Shown: positions 27,447-39,580, numbered from the stretch's first letter. The stretch is DNA of 64,000 nucleotides from Anthoceros angustus (GCA_010909165.1 VJWM01000011.1:992001-1056000); one strand, 5' to 3'. Translations and numbers: made by a program. Notes: a model not told the origin generated them from the letters alone.

Positions 27447-27832
27447 GGTCCTGCTACACGATCCGCTTGATCCACCCCGCAAGCTTGTGAAAAGCAACGT
27501 CTGTTGTGAACTGGCTTGCCCGCTTGACGTGGCTCGCTCTCTTGCCTAATCTTTCACTAGCAATAATACAATAGACAAACATATGAAACGTGGGCCGGTG
27601 CCTCTTTACCAGCTCGGAAAACTGTACAGAAAACTGTTCCCTCCAACATGCGAACGAACGAACGCTCCACGAGTCCGAGTCCTATCTAACAGACGAAGAC
27701 CAGCCAATCTACAACATCCGATGCCTCCACAGATCTGTGCAGAACCGCACAATTCAGAGAGGCACCGGAAGCAGATGCACACAGTAAACAGCGGACTCTG
27801 CTCTGTGTCCTTGAAATTGTCTCCGTGTCGGC

Positions 27833-28476
27833 CTAAGCAACCGGAATCGAGCGCGGTTCCGGCCTCTGTGTTTCCTTCTCCTTAGGGTCAAGGACGCCGT
27901 GCTCCACCTTGGCTTGGACATCATCAACCTGACGTTCTCTGGCAGCCGAAATCGTCGAACAAATCGGCCATGAGCTCGTTCCACACCATGCCATTGCTCC
28001 GTGTCCTACACATCCTCCCGGCTACATTCACCGGTGATCTTCATAACCCGTCCTTCCTCAAGCTCAACCTTCACTTCGTTCTAGTTCATGACGGTGGATG
28101 TCTCAAATCCAAGATTGCAGGGACCCGATCCCGGATTGACATGGTATCAAGACGAAGGATCATCAGCGTGTTTGAAAGGACGGAATTCAGTGCGGTTACC
28201 AGGCAAATCAGCTCGGAATACGTGCTCTTTGGGAGTCTTCACCCAGTGCACTCTTGCGTTGAGAACAGAAGTAACATGTCTTGCAGCAGGAGAAGACTGA
28301 AGCTGTCCCGCCACGCTCTCGAACAGATTGCACGACCCGCTCTCGAACGGATTCCACAACCCGCTCTCGAACGGATCCCAGATCCTGCTCTCAAATGGAT
28401 CCCAGGCCCCGGTGGTGGAGAACGGATCCCAGATGCTTGAAGGGGCGCGGCCTGGGAAGAAAGGCGCCAGCGCCAT
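27833..28476 (-). pseudogene. Class-I-like small heat-shock protein copy with frameshifted exon 2 and expanded WDPF repeats
   Basis: Exon 1 is MALAPFF...WDPF...KEHVFRADLPG. Exon 2 needs two frameshifts to read EVKVELEEGRVMKITGE / [21 protein letters not shown] / VDDVQAKVEHGVL. Confidence 0.75.
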
Positions 28477-28699
28477 CGTGCTATCTCGGCGATCTCGCAA
28501 CTGTCACTCAGTAAGATTCTGCAGCCGTCTATGGTCAGGGCTTCGAGCTTCGGTGTTGTTGCTCTCAATGCTGAGTGTTCAAATTCTGCGTGCCAGAGAC
28601 TTACCTTGAAGAGCGCTGCCCGTCTCAAGCTTCCGTGTCTGCCTCTCCGCGGTTTTGTCTAGCTTCCTCCAGACTCTGCCGGAATCGGACCCGGAAACA

Positions 28700-30230
28700 C
28701 AGTGAGGAATAGGCAAAGGCACAGGAGGATGTAAACGGAACGTCTCCTTCACCGCCGCCTGAAGGTAAGGAAGATACGGAATGTCGTCCTCGGTGACCAC
28801 CCGATCCCTCCCCACCAAAGTATCCATCTCTTGTTGAGCTATTTTCAGCTGCTCTGGATGTCTCAGCAATTCCGCCATAGCCCACTCAACGCTGAGGATG
28901 GAGCTGTCTGTCCCGGCATCGTACATCTTCTAGAGAGCACATGAGAAATATTCAGTTGACAGAGACACATGATCTTCTCCTGAAAACGATGACAGCAGTT
29001 TTTGAGTCCTGCACCTGCTACCATGAGGATGCGTTTCATGTTGTTGTTTGTCAAGGTGCCTGAGCAGCACGTCCAGAACATCCCGAGCTGCTGTGCACGT
29101 GGCACCTGGCTCTATGGTTCGCAGGTACTGCCGATGCTCAGCTATTACCATTTCGTAGAAAGCATCCATGGGTTGCTTGCATGTTCCCCTTGGTCCTGCC
29201 GATTAGTCTGTCCAAGAAGCCTAGATAGGGAACAAAGTCCTCCATGAGGGGAGCCAATGCCAGCCGGAGAACTTCCTTCACCAGAGCCTGGAACTCTTCT
29301 GCCTGCAGGCACAATCTCCAAGCTTGCTTGTATTAAGTTCACACAACCTCCCCGTCAACTACGAGAATTAAATGAACATCCTCACACAAACAAACAAACC
29401 AACCTGCTCGCGGTTCGAGACGAAGGACTGGTCGGACTCCCGAGCCTCCTGCTTCTCGCCGTAATCGAAGAACCTCTTGCTGAAAATGGTTCGGGTGCTG
29501 ACGTTAAACAGGAGCAGACCCACCTTGTCATGGATGCCGATGCACGATGGGGCGTACTGTCTCCAAGAGTTCGAACAGGACCTGGTGAGGCAGCTTGTGG
29601 GGATTGGAGAAGATGGGCACCAGGCTTCCCAGCACAGGCCATCCTGGAGGCCCAGGAGGGAGCCTGGGTTTCCTGCTCGCTGCCTTTCACACCATGGTGC
29701 ACACAATTACAGCCCTGCCATTCCTGCCAACACCAGCTGCCATTTCGCATTGCTGAGATGCCCATTGGCAGGGATGTCCGCCATGGAGCCAGCTACCCAC
29801 CTTCACTCGGACCATTTCCACTTCTCTGGAACCCGGAACCGGCCGATGCCATATGTAATACATACGTAACTCCCCATCCGCATAAACATAGTCAACATAC
29901 GTCGGCTTTGTATAGGATTGTACAAGAATCCACGATTCTTGTGCCAAAGATCGGGGTTCGACTGCTACTCTCAATATTATTGCTGATAAGCCTGGTACCT
30001 CGTCCAAATTGAGGAGTTGAAGGAGCTTGGGGCTGACACTGTGGCCACATAGTAGCTCAGTGATACTAAGAAAAATTTTGCTGTTTAGCTTTCTGACTTC
30101 CTCCCACTCGGTCTGCCCGGTAAATGGGTAAAGCCTTCGTTCTACATTTTTGGATAGATGGAACACGGCATCTTGGAAATCCGAGCGAGCAAGTTGTGTC
30201 TCTGAAAGAAAGAACCATCGCTGAAAGACT
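28700..30230 (-). pseudogene. Cytochrome P450 (CYP71-clan-like) remnant lacking N-terminus and heme-binding region
   Basis: I-helix AGTDSS, K-helix YLQAAVKETFRLHPP, DVLDVLL and EWEEVRKL...TELL fragments. Several frameshifts; no FxxGxRxCxG motif follows. Confidence 0.8.
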
Positions 30231-30479
30231 CAGGGTTTGCTTGAATGTCTTTATATTAGTGCAGCGCAATTTGTAGCAGCATTGTCCTCACAGGCATTGC
30301 AAATTTACACATCCATCTACACAGTGCAAAAGAGTCCAGTTTCCCTGTGCTACCTACAAGCAGTACAATCCCCGCCTGTCTGCCCCTGGAGGCGGGTGCT
30401 GTTTCACAGAGATGTAGCTACTACGTATCCAGAACTCCATATACCACAGCTACGAAGAGAGTTTGCCAAACCGATTGGT

Positions 30480-31115
30480 CTAAGAAACATCCACAGACCG
30501 TGCTTCCGCCTTCTGAGGTTCGGACTTGGGGACGTGGACTTCCAGCACCCCGTTCTCCACCTTGGCACTGATGTCATCCATCTTGGCATTGTCTGGCAAC
30601 CGGAACCTGCGCACGAATTGGCCATATGCGCGTTCCACACGATGCCATTGGTCTTTTTCGTCCGTGACCTCCCGACGACGCTCGCCGCTCAGCTTCAAGA
30701 CACTTCCATCCTCAATCTCAACCTTCACTTCCCCCTTGCCCAGGCCTACCTCACAAATGAGAACTCCACATTCAGCGATCGCCTGATGCTTGCATGAATT
30801 CGTGAGCTGCTAGCAGCGCTGAATAGGACACTTCTTGAAGTTCAAGAACATGCATGTCGACCTTCACCAAAATCAGCCAGGTCTTGAAACAGCGAGCATA
30901 AGGAGTCATCTACCTGGCAAATCAGCCTTGATAACATGCTCGGTTGGGGTCTCCACCCAGTCCACCCTCGTGTTGACCACCGAAGCAACATCCCTGGCCG
31001 CCGGTGTGCTTTGCAGCTGTCCAACAACGTTCTCGAACGGATCCCAGACGTTGGTGAGGGAGAAGGGATCCCAAACGCTTGTGGTTCCCCGGCCGAAGAA
31101 CGGCATCAACGCCAT
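30480..31115 (-). CDS. Cytosolic class-I-like small heat-shock protein (HSP17/18), two exons (31115-30914, 30745-30480)
   Basis: [10 protein letters not shown]...VWDPF...[19 protein letters not shown]|[22 protein letters not shown]...[22 protein letters not shown]...[12 protein letters not shown]; intact alpha-crystallin domain. Confidence 0.93.
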
Positions 31116-31626
31116 GGCGCTAGCAGGTGACTTCAACTTTCTCGCTCACAGAATCGACAAATGCAGAACGGCAATCCAAAGGCCAGAAGCACTCAACGCA
31201 CAATGAAAAATCTCGCCCCCTGCTGCGCTTCTTGTAGAGAGAGCTCATCTCCGAGTTTCCATAGACGCACATCGTTATCGTTCCAGCACGATCTGTTCGC
31301 TTCGGTGTCTTTCTCCCCGCTTCTCTCGCTGGCTCCTAGGACCTTCCAGACCCGGCGCAATACATATTCCCAGGGCGAAAAACATGTACTTCTGGTCCCC
31401 TTGCATCTCCGGCCTCCTCTCCGCTTGCGTCGTGCAGCACATGCCGTGCGTCTGCGGTGCTTTTTTCATCGTTAACAGCAGATGCAGAATGAGAAGAAGA
31501 ATTTTATTTAAGTCCACTAAGGACGGATTTCCGTCATGGGACTGAAATATGATAACTACAATTATTGTGATAAAATATTTTGGATTAATATAAAGGTAAA
31601 ATTTAAACAAGATAAATAATCTTCAA

Positions 31627-32700
31627 TCAATGAACAGTGTCAATGAAATTGCGCGAACGAAGGCTAAACATCACCAATTCATCCCCACGAAAGAAAGCCA
31701 CTTGACCTTCAACACGAGCTGCTCTGAAAGCGGGTAACTTCTCCTTCTTAGTCTTCCATTGCAATGGTGTAAGATCCTCATTTATATGTAACTGAGTTGT
31801 CCGTAACATAGACCTAGCCTTCATAACCTGGAGGCGATCATCCATAGAGTGAAAAGTCATAATCAATATGCGCTCCCTACCAGCATCCTTTCTAAGCCAG
31901 AAGGCTCGAGGAACGACCACATCGACCTCTAGCCTATTGAGAAACTCCTTTGCAGCCACAAGTAGTGCAACAATGTCATTACCAAGACCAGAATTTCTCA
32001 AGTTCAAAGCACGTCGAGCACGGTCCGCCGTCTCGGAAACAACTTCCGATACTGTGTTGCCACCAGGACAAGAAGGAGCAGGGGGATCATTAATCCCCAT
32101 GAGGTTTTTACCAGTAAGCTTCTCCAAATATGTAGGTAAAACTTATTTCGTTGAAGTGAAATGATTTTCCAAATTTATGGCTTTCTCCTCTATGGTCCGT
32201 GAAAAAAATTCATTTTGTAATCCTTGCTCCACCAATCTTTCGAAGAGTCTTCCAACCTGATCATCCAAACCCTGCGACTTTTTGGCCATATAACTGTGCA
32301 TTTCTTCCCTCTGTGCATGAATAAGCTTGAGAATAACCTTCTTGTAGCCTTCCAAACTAGGTGCCAAATCTGCCTTCGACAAGCAACCCACACAAGGAAC
32401 AAGAATTTCCAAGGCATTGACTTGCAAAAGCATGAATCAAACTTGACCTGGAAAGACGCCTCAAAATCTTTAGCCCATGTCCCATGCCAAAGATTGGTGC
32501 CTAGCCAAAAGAGACTCATATTTTTCTCTGAAGGAAATATTCTCCGCCTCAATTTTAAGTACTCTAGTCTCCAATACAGATACCGCGTTGTTTTCATATT
32601 TGTCCTCAATACTACGTAATCTAGTATGCAATATTGATACCCTGTTGTCTACATATTTAACTGTTTTACGCTTAGCGACAATAAAAGTCATAACCTCAAA
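31627..32700 (-). mobile_element. LINE ORF1-like remnant (coiled coil plus RRM/CTD, Transposase_22-like), frameshifted, no ORF2
   Basis: Coiled-coil segment LETRVLKIEAENISFREK, then RERILIMTF...VMKARSMLRTTQLHINEDLTPLQ...LPAFRAARVEGQVAFFRGDEL, the pattern seen in L1/CR1/L2-type ORF1p C-terminal halves. Confidence 0.6.
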
Positions 32701-32904
32701 AAATCAAGAAAAATAAAAACCGCGACCTCCTTCTCCACACCACCCACTACAGTCGCTGCACCAAAAACCCTAAATCATGTCCTCACCGCAACCTCCTCCA
32801 CCCTATGCTCACCGCAATATCAACCCCAATCCCCCATGCTCCAGAGCCACATAGGCCACCACAAAGCAAGCCCTGAACCCTAGGACATGCCCCACCTCAC
32901 ACGG

Positions 32905-33075
32905 TACCGCACCGCACCGCACCGCACCGCACCGCACCGCACCGCACCGCACCGCACCGCACCGCACCGCACCGCACCGCACCGCACCGCACCGCACCGC
33001 ACACCGCACACCGCACACCGCATACCGCACACCGCACACCGCACACCGCACACCACACACTGCACCGTACCGCAC
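32905..33075 (+). repeat. (ACCGC)n microsatellite grading into (ACACCGC)n
   Basis: Read directly. Confidence 0.95.
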
Positions 33076-35094
33076 ACCAAGGAAGGCTGAGCTTGAAATA
33101 GCCTACTTACGTTCAGACACCGCGGCGCTGAATGTGGCGAGATGGCTCTAGTTCTTCACAGGTTCATTCGGTTGCGAGTCGCGGATGGAAGGCCTCGATC
33201 GCGAGACAGGGTGAAGCCCTCAATTTTCGCGAAATATTTTTCAAATACGTATCCAAATCGCACCTATTCTTGTTTGTTTGTTTGTACCGACATATCCATT
33301 CTCCCTCAATCTTTAAGGACATGCGGGTTTATATTGTTTGGAGAATTAGAAGACTTTCTATAGATATTTTGATATTTCAAAGTATACATCGAAGTCCCAC
33401 ACTACGAATTTTAACCCGGAGTAATCCTGTAAGATATTAACAACTAGAATTTATAATCTGGAGCCCCGCACACTGTAGTAACCCCATAGAAGAAGAAGGA
33501 GAAATGGAATTTATAATTTGGAGGGCCCCACACACTGTGGAGACCGAGAGCATGATATATATATCTGGGGAATGGGTAGCACCCCATCTGAGCACTAATC
33601 CGTCCCAACGTAACTCTTAATTTCCAATGAACCCATGTCACTCCTTGAAGGAGGATGACATGCGGCTTTATGGCGAGGGAGCACTGTGGACCACGGATTT
33701 CCTCCTTAGGTAGGAAAAGGGTCAGGTTTTTTGTTTTTTTTCCGTAGGCGTGGGCAGGAAATAAGGCGGAATGGGAGAAATAAGTCCGGAGGAGCTCCGG
33801 ACTACACTTCGGAGTAAACTGGAGGACTCCGGAGCATACTCCGGAAGAGCTACGGGCTGCCCTCTGACAGAAGGGTCCGGACCGCCCTTCGGAGTGCACA
33901 GGGTAAGTCCGGAGCACACTCCGGAGTAGGATGGGATAAGTACGCCAAGTAAAGTAACTTAGGAGTCAACAATACGAATGCATACTTTTATCTTCACCCG
34001 ACCCTTACGCATATTTCTGTTGAATCTTGCCTTCTCATCCTGCCCACTTGTTGCAAAATATGGCTTCAACAAAAAAGGCATAAGAGGAACTATCCCCAAT
34101 GATACATGGAGTTATAACATGGCCTTGGACTTGCATTGTTGGCTCAGTCAAAATGCGACCTTCCATCATTCTCTTCCATAGGCTGCTCTCCCTCAAAATG
34201 GTTGCATCATGAACTCCCCCTAGATGGGTGTAGCCTAAGTGGAGGAGTGGATTGCATTATAGTTGATAAAAATTATAAAATAGTATGTCCATACTTACTA
34301 AACCATTACAATTATAATCCAAAAACAATACAAAATAAATACCTAAATAGAAAAACTACATAGACAAGGAGCACTCTACATGGAAGGTAGACAGAATAAC
34401 CACACGAAAGCTGTAGGAAATGAGTATGGCACTCTTGGAGGCATGTGCATAGAATGGGCATGTCATGGCACATACAGGTCAAGACAGTTTGAGCAGTGTG
34501 CACAGGACGTGACCATGAGGGCATGTCCAGTCATGTTGTGTACGTGTGGGCTGCGAGCATGGGCATGTGAGAGGTAAGGTAATGCGTGGTGACTAGATGG
34601 TATGTGCATATGATGTGATGTGGATGAAATGGCATGCATGAGCATTATGTGCTTGGATGAGGGCAAGTGGTGCAGATCGGCACCAAGGACAAGCGCAATT
34701 AAGGCTCAGCGGCGGTGATCTCTCCGGATGCGCGGGCAACGCACATGTCCCTTCGAAGTCCGGGGCCGGTCATTAAGAGTGACGGCGGTGGGGACTACAA
34801 AGCAGAGCAACCCATCGAACACCATGGATTGTTGATGTGCAAAAATCCACCTTTTACTTTTCCTTTGGACGTTGGTTGCTAGCAGCAGTATTTCTGCCTC
34901 CTTAGCAACTGTCTTTTCCTCACTGTCCCTTGTAGGTTGCAGCCCTGGTCGTGATTTACATGTGAGTCCGTCAACAACTGATTTATGAAAATAGAGGGGT
35001 TGTGATAGGTTAGCGTTAGATGCCTATGACCACTATGCGGCTATGGCGCGACAGGCACCTTTTTATACCCCGTGAATGTATTACAAGCACTAAC

Positions 35095-36170
35095 ATTATG
35101 GATGCTCCATGTATAGGAAATAACCGCTCTCCTTGGCCATTGAGAACATGACGTCGCAAAGGCGTCATGCGTAATGATACGTTGTGCTCCAATTGGACAG
35201 CAAGCCAGGTGGGACCCTGAGTCGTCGAGGGGGGCCCCGTAATGATACGTTGCCCTCCAATTGGACAGTGAGCCAAGTGGGATCCTGAGTCGTCGAGGGG
35301 CGCCCCACAGCTGTAGGGTGAGAGAGAACAGGCCAGAGGCTGGATCAAACCTAGGGGGAACCTCATCGTAGTAGAAAAAGAAGCACGTGCGATTCGGAAT
35401 GCCTGGATGCAAGGCCGAGGCAGAAGCCAGGAGCTTGCTCCCTTCCCTGAGCAAGAGTCCAAGTCACGAAAGCACCTTCTCGTTCGGAAGGCGCAGTCCA
35501 TAGCGCTGTCCATCATTTATGATGACAGCGGAAAACTGAGAACGGGGTGCCAGGGCTCTGATCTTGCACGCTAATATGTATTTTAATGATACCCTGTGCA
35601 ATGGGGTGTCGGTTAGGGTGGATGTAATTCTAATCCGAGGGGACCAAATCTCTGTCGTAACAGACCTTACTCAGAACTCCATTTTTGAGCATGTCATTAT
35701 CAACCCTCTGGGCTGGGCGACGGAGGGATGCGCGACTGCCAAGGTACACAAGTACACACCTTTGCAGGACGGCCACACCTTCATCCCCCTCGCCATTAAG
35801 ACTCACGGGGCTATGAGCAAGGATTTCTCCCGGCTCATTAAGGATTATGCTAAAGCCACCACAGTCGTCGGAATGGTGTGGGTCTCTCTCTTTTCTCGGT
35901 TGTGGCTTTCTTTCGACATCAGGTATCCATTGCCTTGCAGAGGGTGCTGGCCAACGCTATTTACAGGACGGCAACGAGCGCAGGAGACGTGGCGTCATCG
36001 GCACCAGTTGTAGGTAGGCCATCTCGGACCATGACATAATCGGGGTAGTAGATAGCTGGTGACATTCGTGAGGGCTACCTCCTCCCGACTCTTGGCCCTT
36101 TAGTGGGTTGTCCCTCCTCGGTTCGGGGTGGATGGGTTTTCCCCTCTCTTCTTTTTCATAAAGTCTCCAT
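35095..36170. mobile_element. RLE-type (CRE-like) non-LTR retrotransposon 3' fragment with inverted 5' segment
   Basis: Minus strand about 35580 to 35095: SCSGKGASSWLL...CGAPLDDSGSHLAHCPIGGQRI (zinc-knuckle region). Plus strand about 35588-36170: RVDVIL...VTDLT...AKVHKY...FIPLAIKTHG...QVSIALQRVLAN (restriction-like endonuclease) plus 3' UTR. Confidence 0.75.
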
Positions 36171-36889
36171 TCCTCTCTTTCGTGACTGCGACACCGCAGT
36201 CATTCCATATCTAGGCTATTTCAGGGGCATTTATTAGGACACTGAAGATGCCTTCACTCTTGTCATGTACATTGTGAAAAACCCTTGATCCCACGATCCA
36301 AGATGACCACACAATGGACTTCAACCTTGGGTTGCTCTTTAAAATTGGCTAATGCCTTCAGCATGAGGTCATAAAACTAGAAGCACATTCTGTCATCCAG
36401 CTCTAGCCAACGATTGTGCAGGCAAGGGAGCGTGCAATGCATAAAAGTGCATGAAAGATCTAAACACCTGGCCAAGTTGTGTGATAGAAATTTTTCTGTC
36501 GCATATAGTTCGTACATGGCCGATGTGGCTTGTATAATACAAGGGAATTTGAAAGATGTTGGGGCATCTTTGTGTATAATACAACCCAAAATAATGTTGT
36601 CACACACAAATGGACTAACGACAAGATCGGTATTCCATAGCCAGGTATAGTTGGACTCTTTATAATTCTTCTCAATTTTATATTATATACTATGTATTTT
36701 TATTTTTATTTTTTTAATTAAAATTTATATATTTACTTTAAAATAATTATCCTTTCACTCTTAGCGCAAGTAAATAAATTGTTGCTGCTGAATTGATAGA
36801 GCGCGCTTTGCAAACTCGGTTGTAAGGACAAAAAGACAAATCATTTCCAAAACAGACAAAAACAGCACATTAAAGCATGATTGCAGCGA

Positions 36890-37260
36890 TTTGGGGACTC
36901 CCGTGCGAAGATGAAGGATGGCGTCCTGTCATCTTCTTCACATATGCTCTTGTATTCCATCCAAGTGGACTATATGATAGGCTTTTTTTATTTTTCTTTA
37001 TCTTTTCTGTACTTGCTTGTTGCGAACAAATCATCCGGGACGTCTATAGTGTCTATCCTTCGAAGGATGGCGTCCCCGATGGCGTTCACAAGATCTTGTA
37101 TCCCATCCAAGTGGCCTAGAATCAACGACTTCTCGGACACTTGCTTGTTGCGAGCAAGATGATCCGGGACGTCATCCTTGGCGTGTGCACTGCCAAAGAT
37201 GACGTCCCGTCATTTTGTTCACATAACCTTGTATTCCATCCCAGTGGACTACGATAGATG
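36890..37260 (+). repeat. Degenerate triplicated unit of roughly 130-150 bp directly upstream of the hydrolase gene
   Basis: CTTGTAT(T/C)CCATCC(A/C)AGTGG recurs near 36950, 37095 and 37228; CTTGCTTGTTGCGA...ATCCGGGACGTC recurs near 37012 and 37140. Confidence 0.7.
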
Positions 37261-37296
37261 CTTCTTCCTCGTCTTCTTCTTCGTCGTGTGAGCACC

Positions 37297-38537
37297 ATGG
37301 GCGGAGAGGCAGGATGGAGGATGTGTGGCCTGGTCTTGCTGTGCGTCCTGCTCGTGCTGATCCATGGTCGGGTGAAGGTGAAGGCGCTTGCGGACACGCC
37401 GCTGTCGCCCACCTTCCAGAACATTCCGGAAGGAACATACGCGATCTGGCAGATTCCGGCGCAGCCCCGGGCCATCCTGTTTGTGGCGCACGGGAGGAGC
37501 CACGAGCGGGCTGAGAATTTCTGGGATGCAGCTCCCGCCTGCGCCGTCTGCTCCAGCCTGCCGGAGGAGAGGCTGGTGACCAAGGCCGCTCTGGCGCGAG
37601 GCTACGCGGTCATCTCCATCCAGGCCGGCGCGAGCGGGGGCAGCGAATGGATCCTGAGCCCAGACCCGGATGAGAACCAGGACGTGCGCATGGTGGCCCG
37701 CTTCCTGCAGCAGTGGAGGCGGGAGCAGCGGCTGCACCACCTCCCGCTCACGGTGATGGGGGTCTCGCACGGCGGGAGCTTCGCCAGCGTGCTGGCGCTC
37801 GCCCCGGACTTGCGCGTCGCCGGCATGCTCTTCATGGTGTCCATGGGAGAGGATTCCGCTACGGAAGCCGCGCAAGCCGCCTCCTATCCTCCCGTTTTCT
37901 ACCTCCGTGTAAGTGCATCAACGTTAGCGCCATCGCCGGTGCTTGCCTTGCCATTTCCCTTCAGCATCACCAGAGCCACGCTTGCTGCATCGATCGTTCT
38001 GAGGCATGGGGTCTGATGAATGTGGGCGTCCCTTCGCTGCAGATGCCCCGGGACCGGAGCAGTGACCAGGAAATTCTGCGTCACATGCAAGAGCTCGGTG
38101 CAAAGGGCATTCCTGTGGCAGACATCGTCTGCGACCCGCTCCCCATCAACGAGACGTTTTTCGCAGAGCGGATCGTGGGACTGGAAGCTCCCGTTTCAGC
38201 TGCCGTCTACCAGGCTTTGCGCGCGCACGAGTATCTGGATTCCGATGGCTTCCTGAGGCCACCTGAGCCAGGGACTTGGGAGACAGAATTTCCGGGGAGG
38301 CGGGTGGAGGGGTCGTGGGACTTCGACGGCCTGGTGGAGTCTTTGCATCTCCTGCCGCCGGTGGGGAACTTGGACTGGCCATGGGTGGAGGCGTCGGTGG
38401 CCATGGAGCTCAGCCTGGCTTTCGCCTTTCATGCCTGCACCAGTTTAAAGTCTACCGAGATGCTGGACTGGCTTGACACTACGTGCAGTAATGCAAGCCG
38501 CGCCTTTCCCAAGCCCCAATCGTGGGCCTTGCTGTGA
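37297..38537 (+). CDS. Secreted or membrane-anchored alpha/beta-hydrolase-fold protein of an uncharacterised plant family, two exons (37297-37908, 38043-38537)
   Basis: Hydrophobic N-terminus, WQIPAQPRAILFVAHG...NFWD...C..C..LPEERL, nucleophile elbow GVSHGG, MPRD and ELSLAFAFH; GT-AG intron in phase. Confidence 0.85.
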
Positions 38538-39339
38538 GAAAACGCCTGAATCCACGAAGCTGCAGTCCTTCAAGTCTGGCTTTAGGAAGAAGAAGAAAAA
38601 GAAAGTGCAAGTTAGTGTTCTTTATTTAAGCAAGTTGCCAGAAATTGCATCTGCCCGGACGGTTTTCAACATCTTCTTGGTGTCGATTTCCGCTCTGCGA
38701 TTTGCACTTCTGTTTCCCGGCCCAGTCTGTGCAAGCGGTTTCCCTCTACATGCTCAATCCCTTTCTGGTTGGCTTCTCCCCCTTTCTGCCCAGCCCGATT
38801 GGCCCCAATAACATCACCGCAATGCTCTTCGCAAAAGCATGTTATTGCCAACCTTTTCTTGGACCGGACCAAGAGTTTCTGGAGCATGCTTACTGAGCTC
38901 GGCGCTCACAAGGAGCAGAGCTACTACACAGCAAGCGAGCAGATACATCACGCTTACTTCAAAGTACATGCATAAGAGTTAGGGCTTTACCGGGTAATGA
39001 AACACAAAAGTGGTGTACACTTTTATGCAAAATGCGCGAAGGGCCGTCACGGGACGCGCTGGAGAAACGGGGATGGAAACTTGAGGGGGAAAAGCGATTT
39101 GCCTTGATAGAACTGGGAAGGTTGGGACGTGAAGAAGGGGAGCATACCACCTGGGAAAGGGAGCACGGCGATGTAGTGGCGAAAAGCCGGCGAACAGGAA
39201 ACCTATGTGAACTGGAGGTTCCGGATGACTAAGGGGTTGTATTCACAGAACGAAGAAGAGTCAGAAAGGATGTAGATCTGGGTTCTTATACGGGAATAGA
39301 TATTAATTAACAAACTAAACATAATCGTAGTTTTGTCGA

Positions 39340-39344
39340 GGGGG

Positions 39345-39390
<46 letters not shown>

Positions 39391-39412
39391 GGATCGAAAC
39401 CCGGCGTCTCCA
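39340..39412 (+). tRNA. tRNA-Ala(UGC): tRNA-Ala, anticodon UGC
   Basis: 73 nt cloverleaf with G3:U70 alanine identity pair, anticodon stem CGCGC/GCGCG, loop TTTGCAT, T-arm CCGGG-ATCGAAA-CCCGG and downstream T-runs as Pol III terminator. Confidence 0.93.
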
Positions 39413-39580
39413 ATCCAAATTTTGGAAATCTTGCTGATGCTTTTTTTAAAACTCTATTTTTAAAACTCTAACAGATCAATGAAATAGCTGTGGCTTGTGT
39501 TCCTCCACCGCCGTGCACCAGTTCCCAAGAGGGCTATCTTGTCTATATCCATTTATCTATATCTTATCTATAGCCGCTGC

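Noticed and set aside
31200-31400. Heat-shock elements upstream of the sHSP genes
   Set aside because: Only scattered TTC/GAA half-sites; I could not identify a canonical three-unit nGAAnnTTCnnGAAn array.
32809-33090. ORFs such as RCGAVRCGAV and PHRTAPHRTA
   Set aside because: Translation artefacts of the (ACCGC)n microsatellite.
39390-39402. tRNA T-loop reads ATCG instead of TTCG
   Set aside because: A54 is a known feature of eukaryotic cytosolic tRNA-Ala and the stems pair, so it is not evidence of a pseudogene or SINE.
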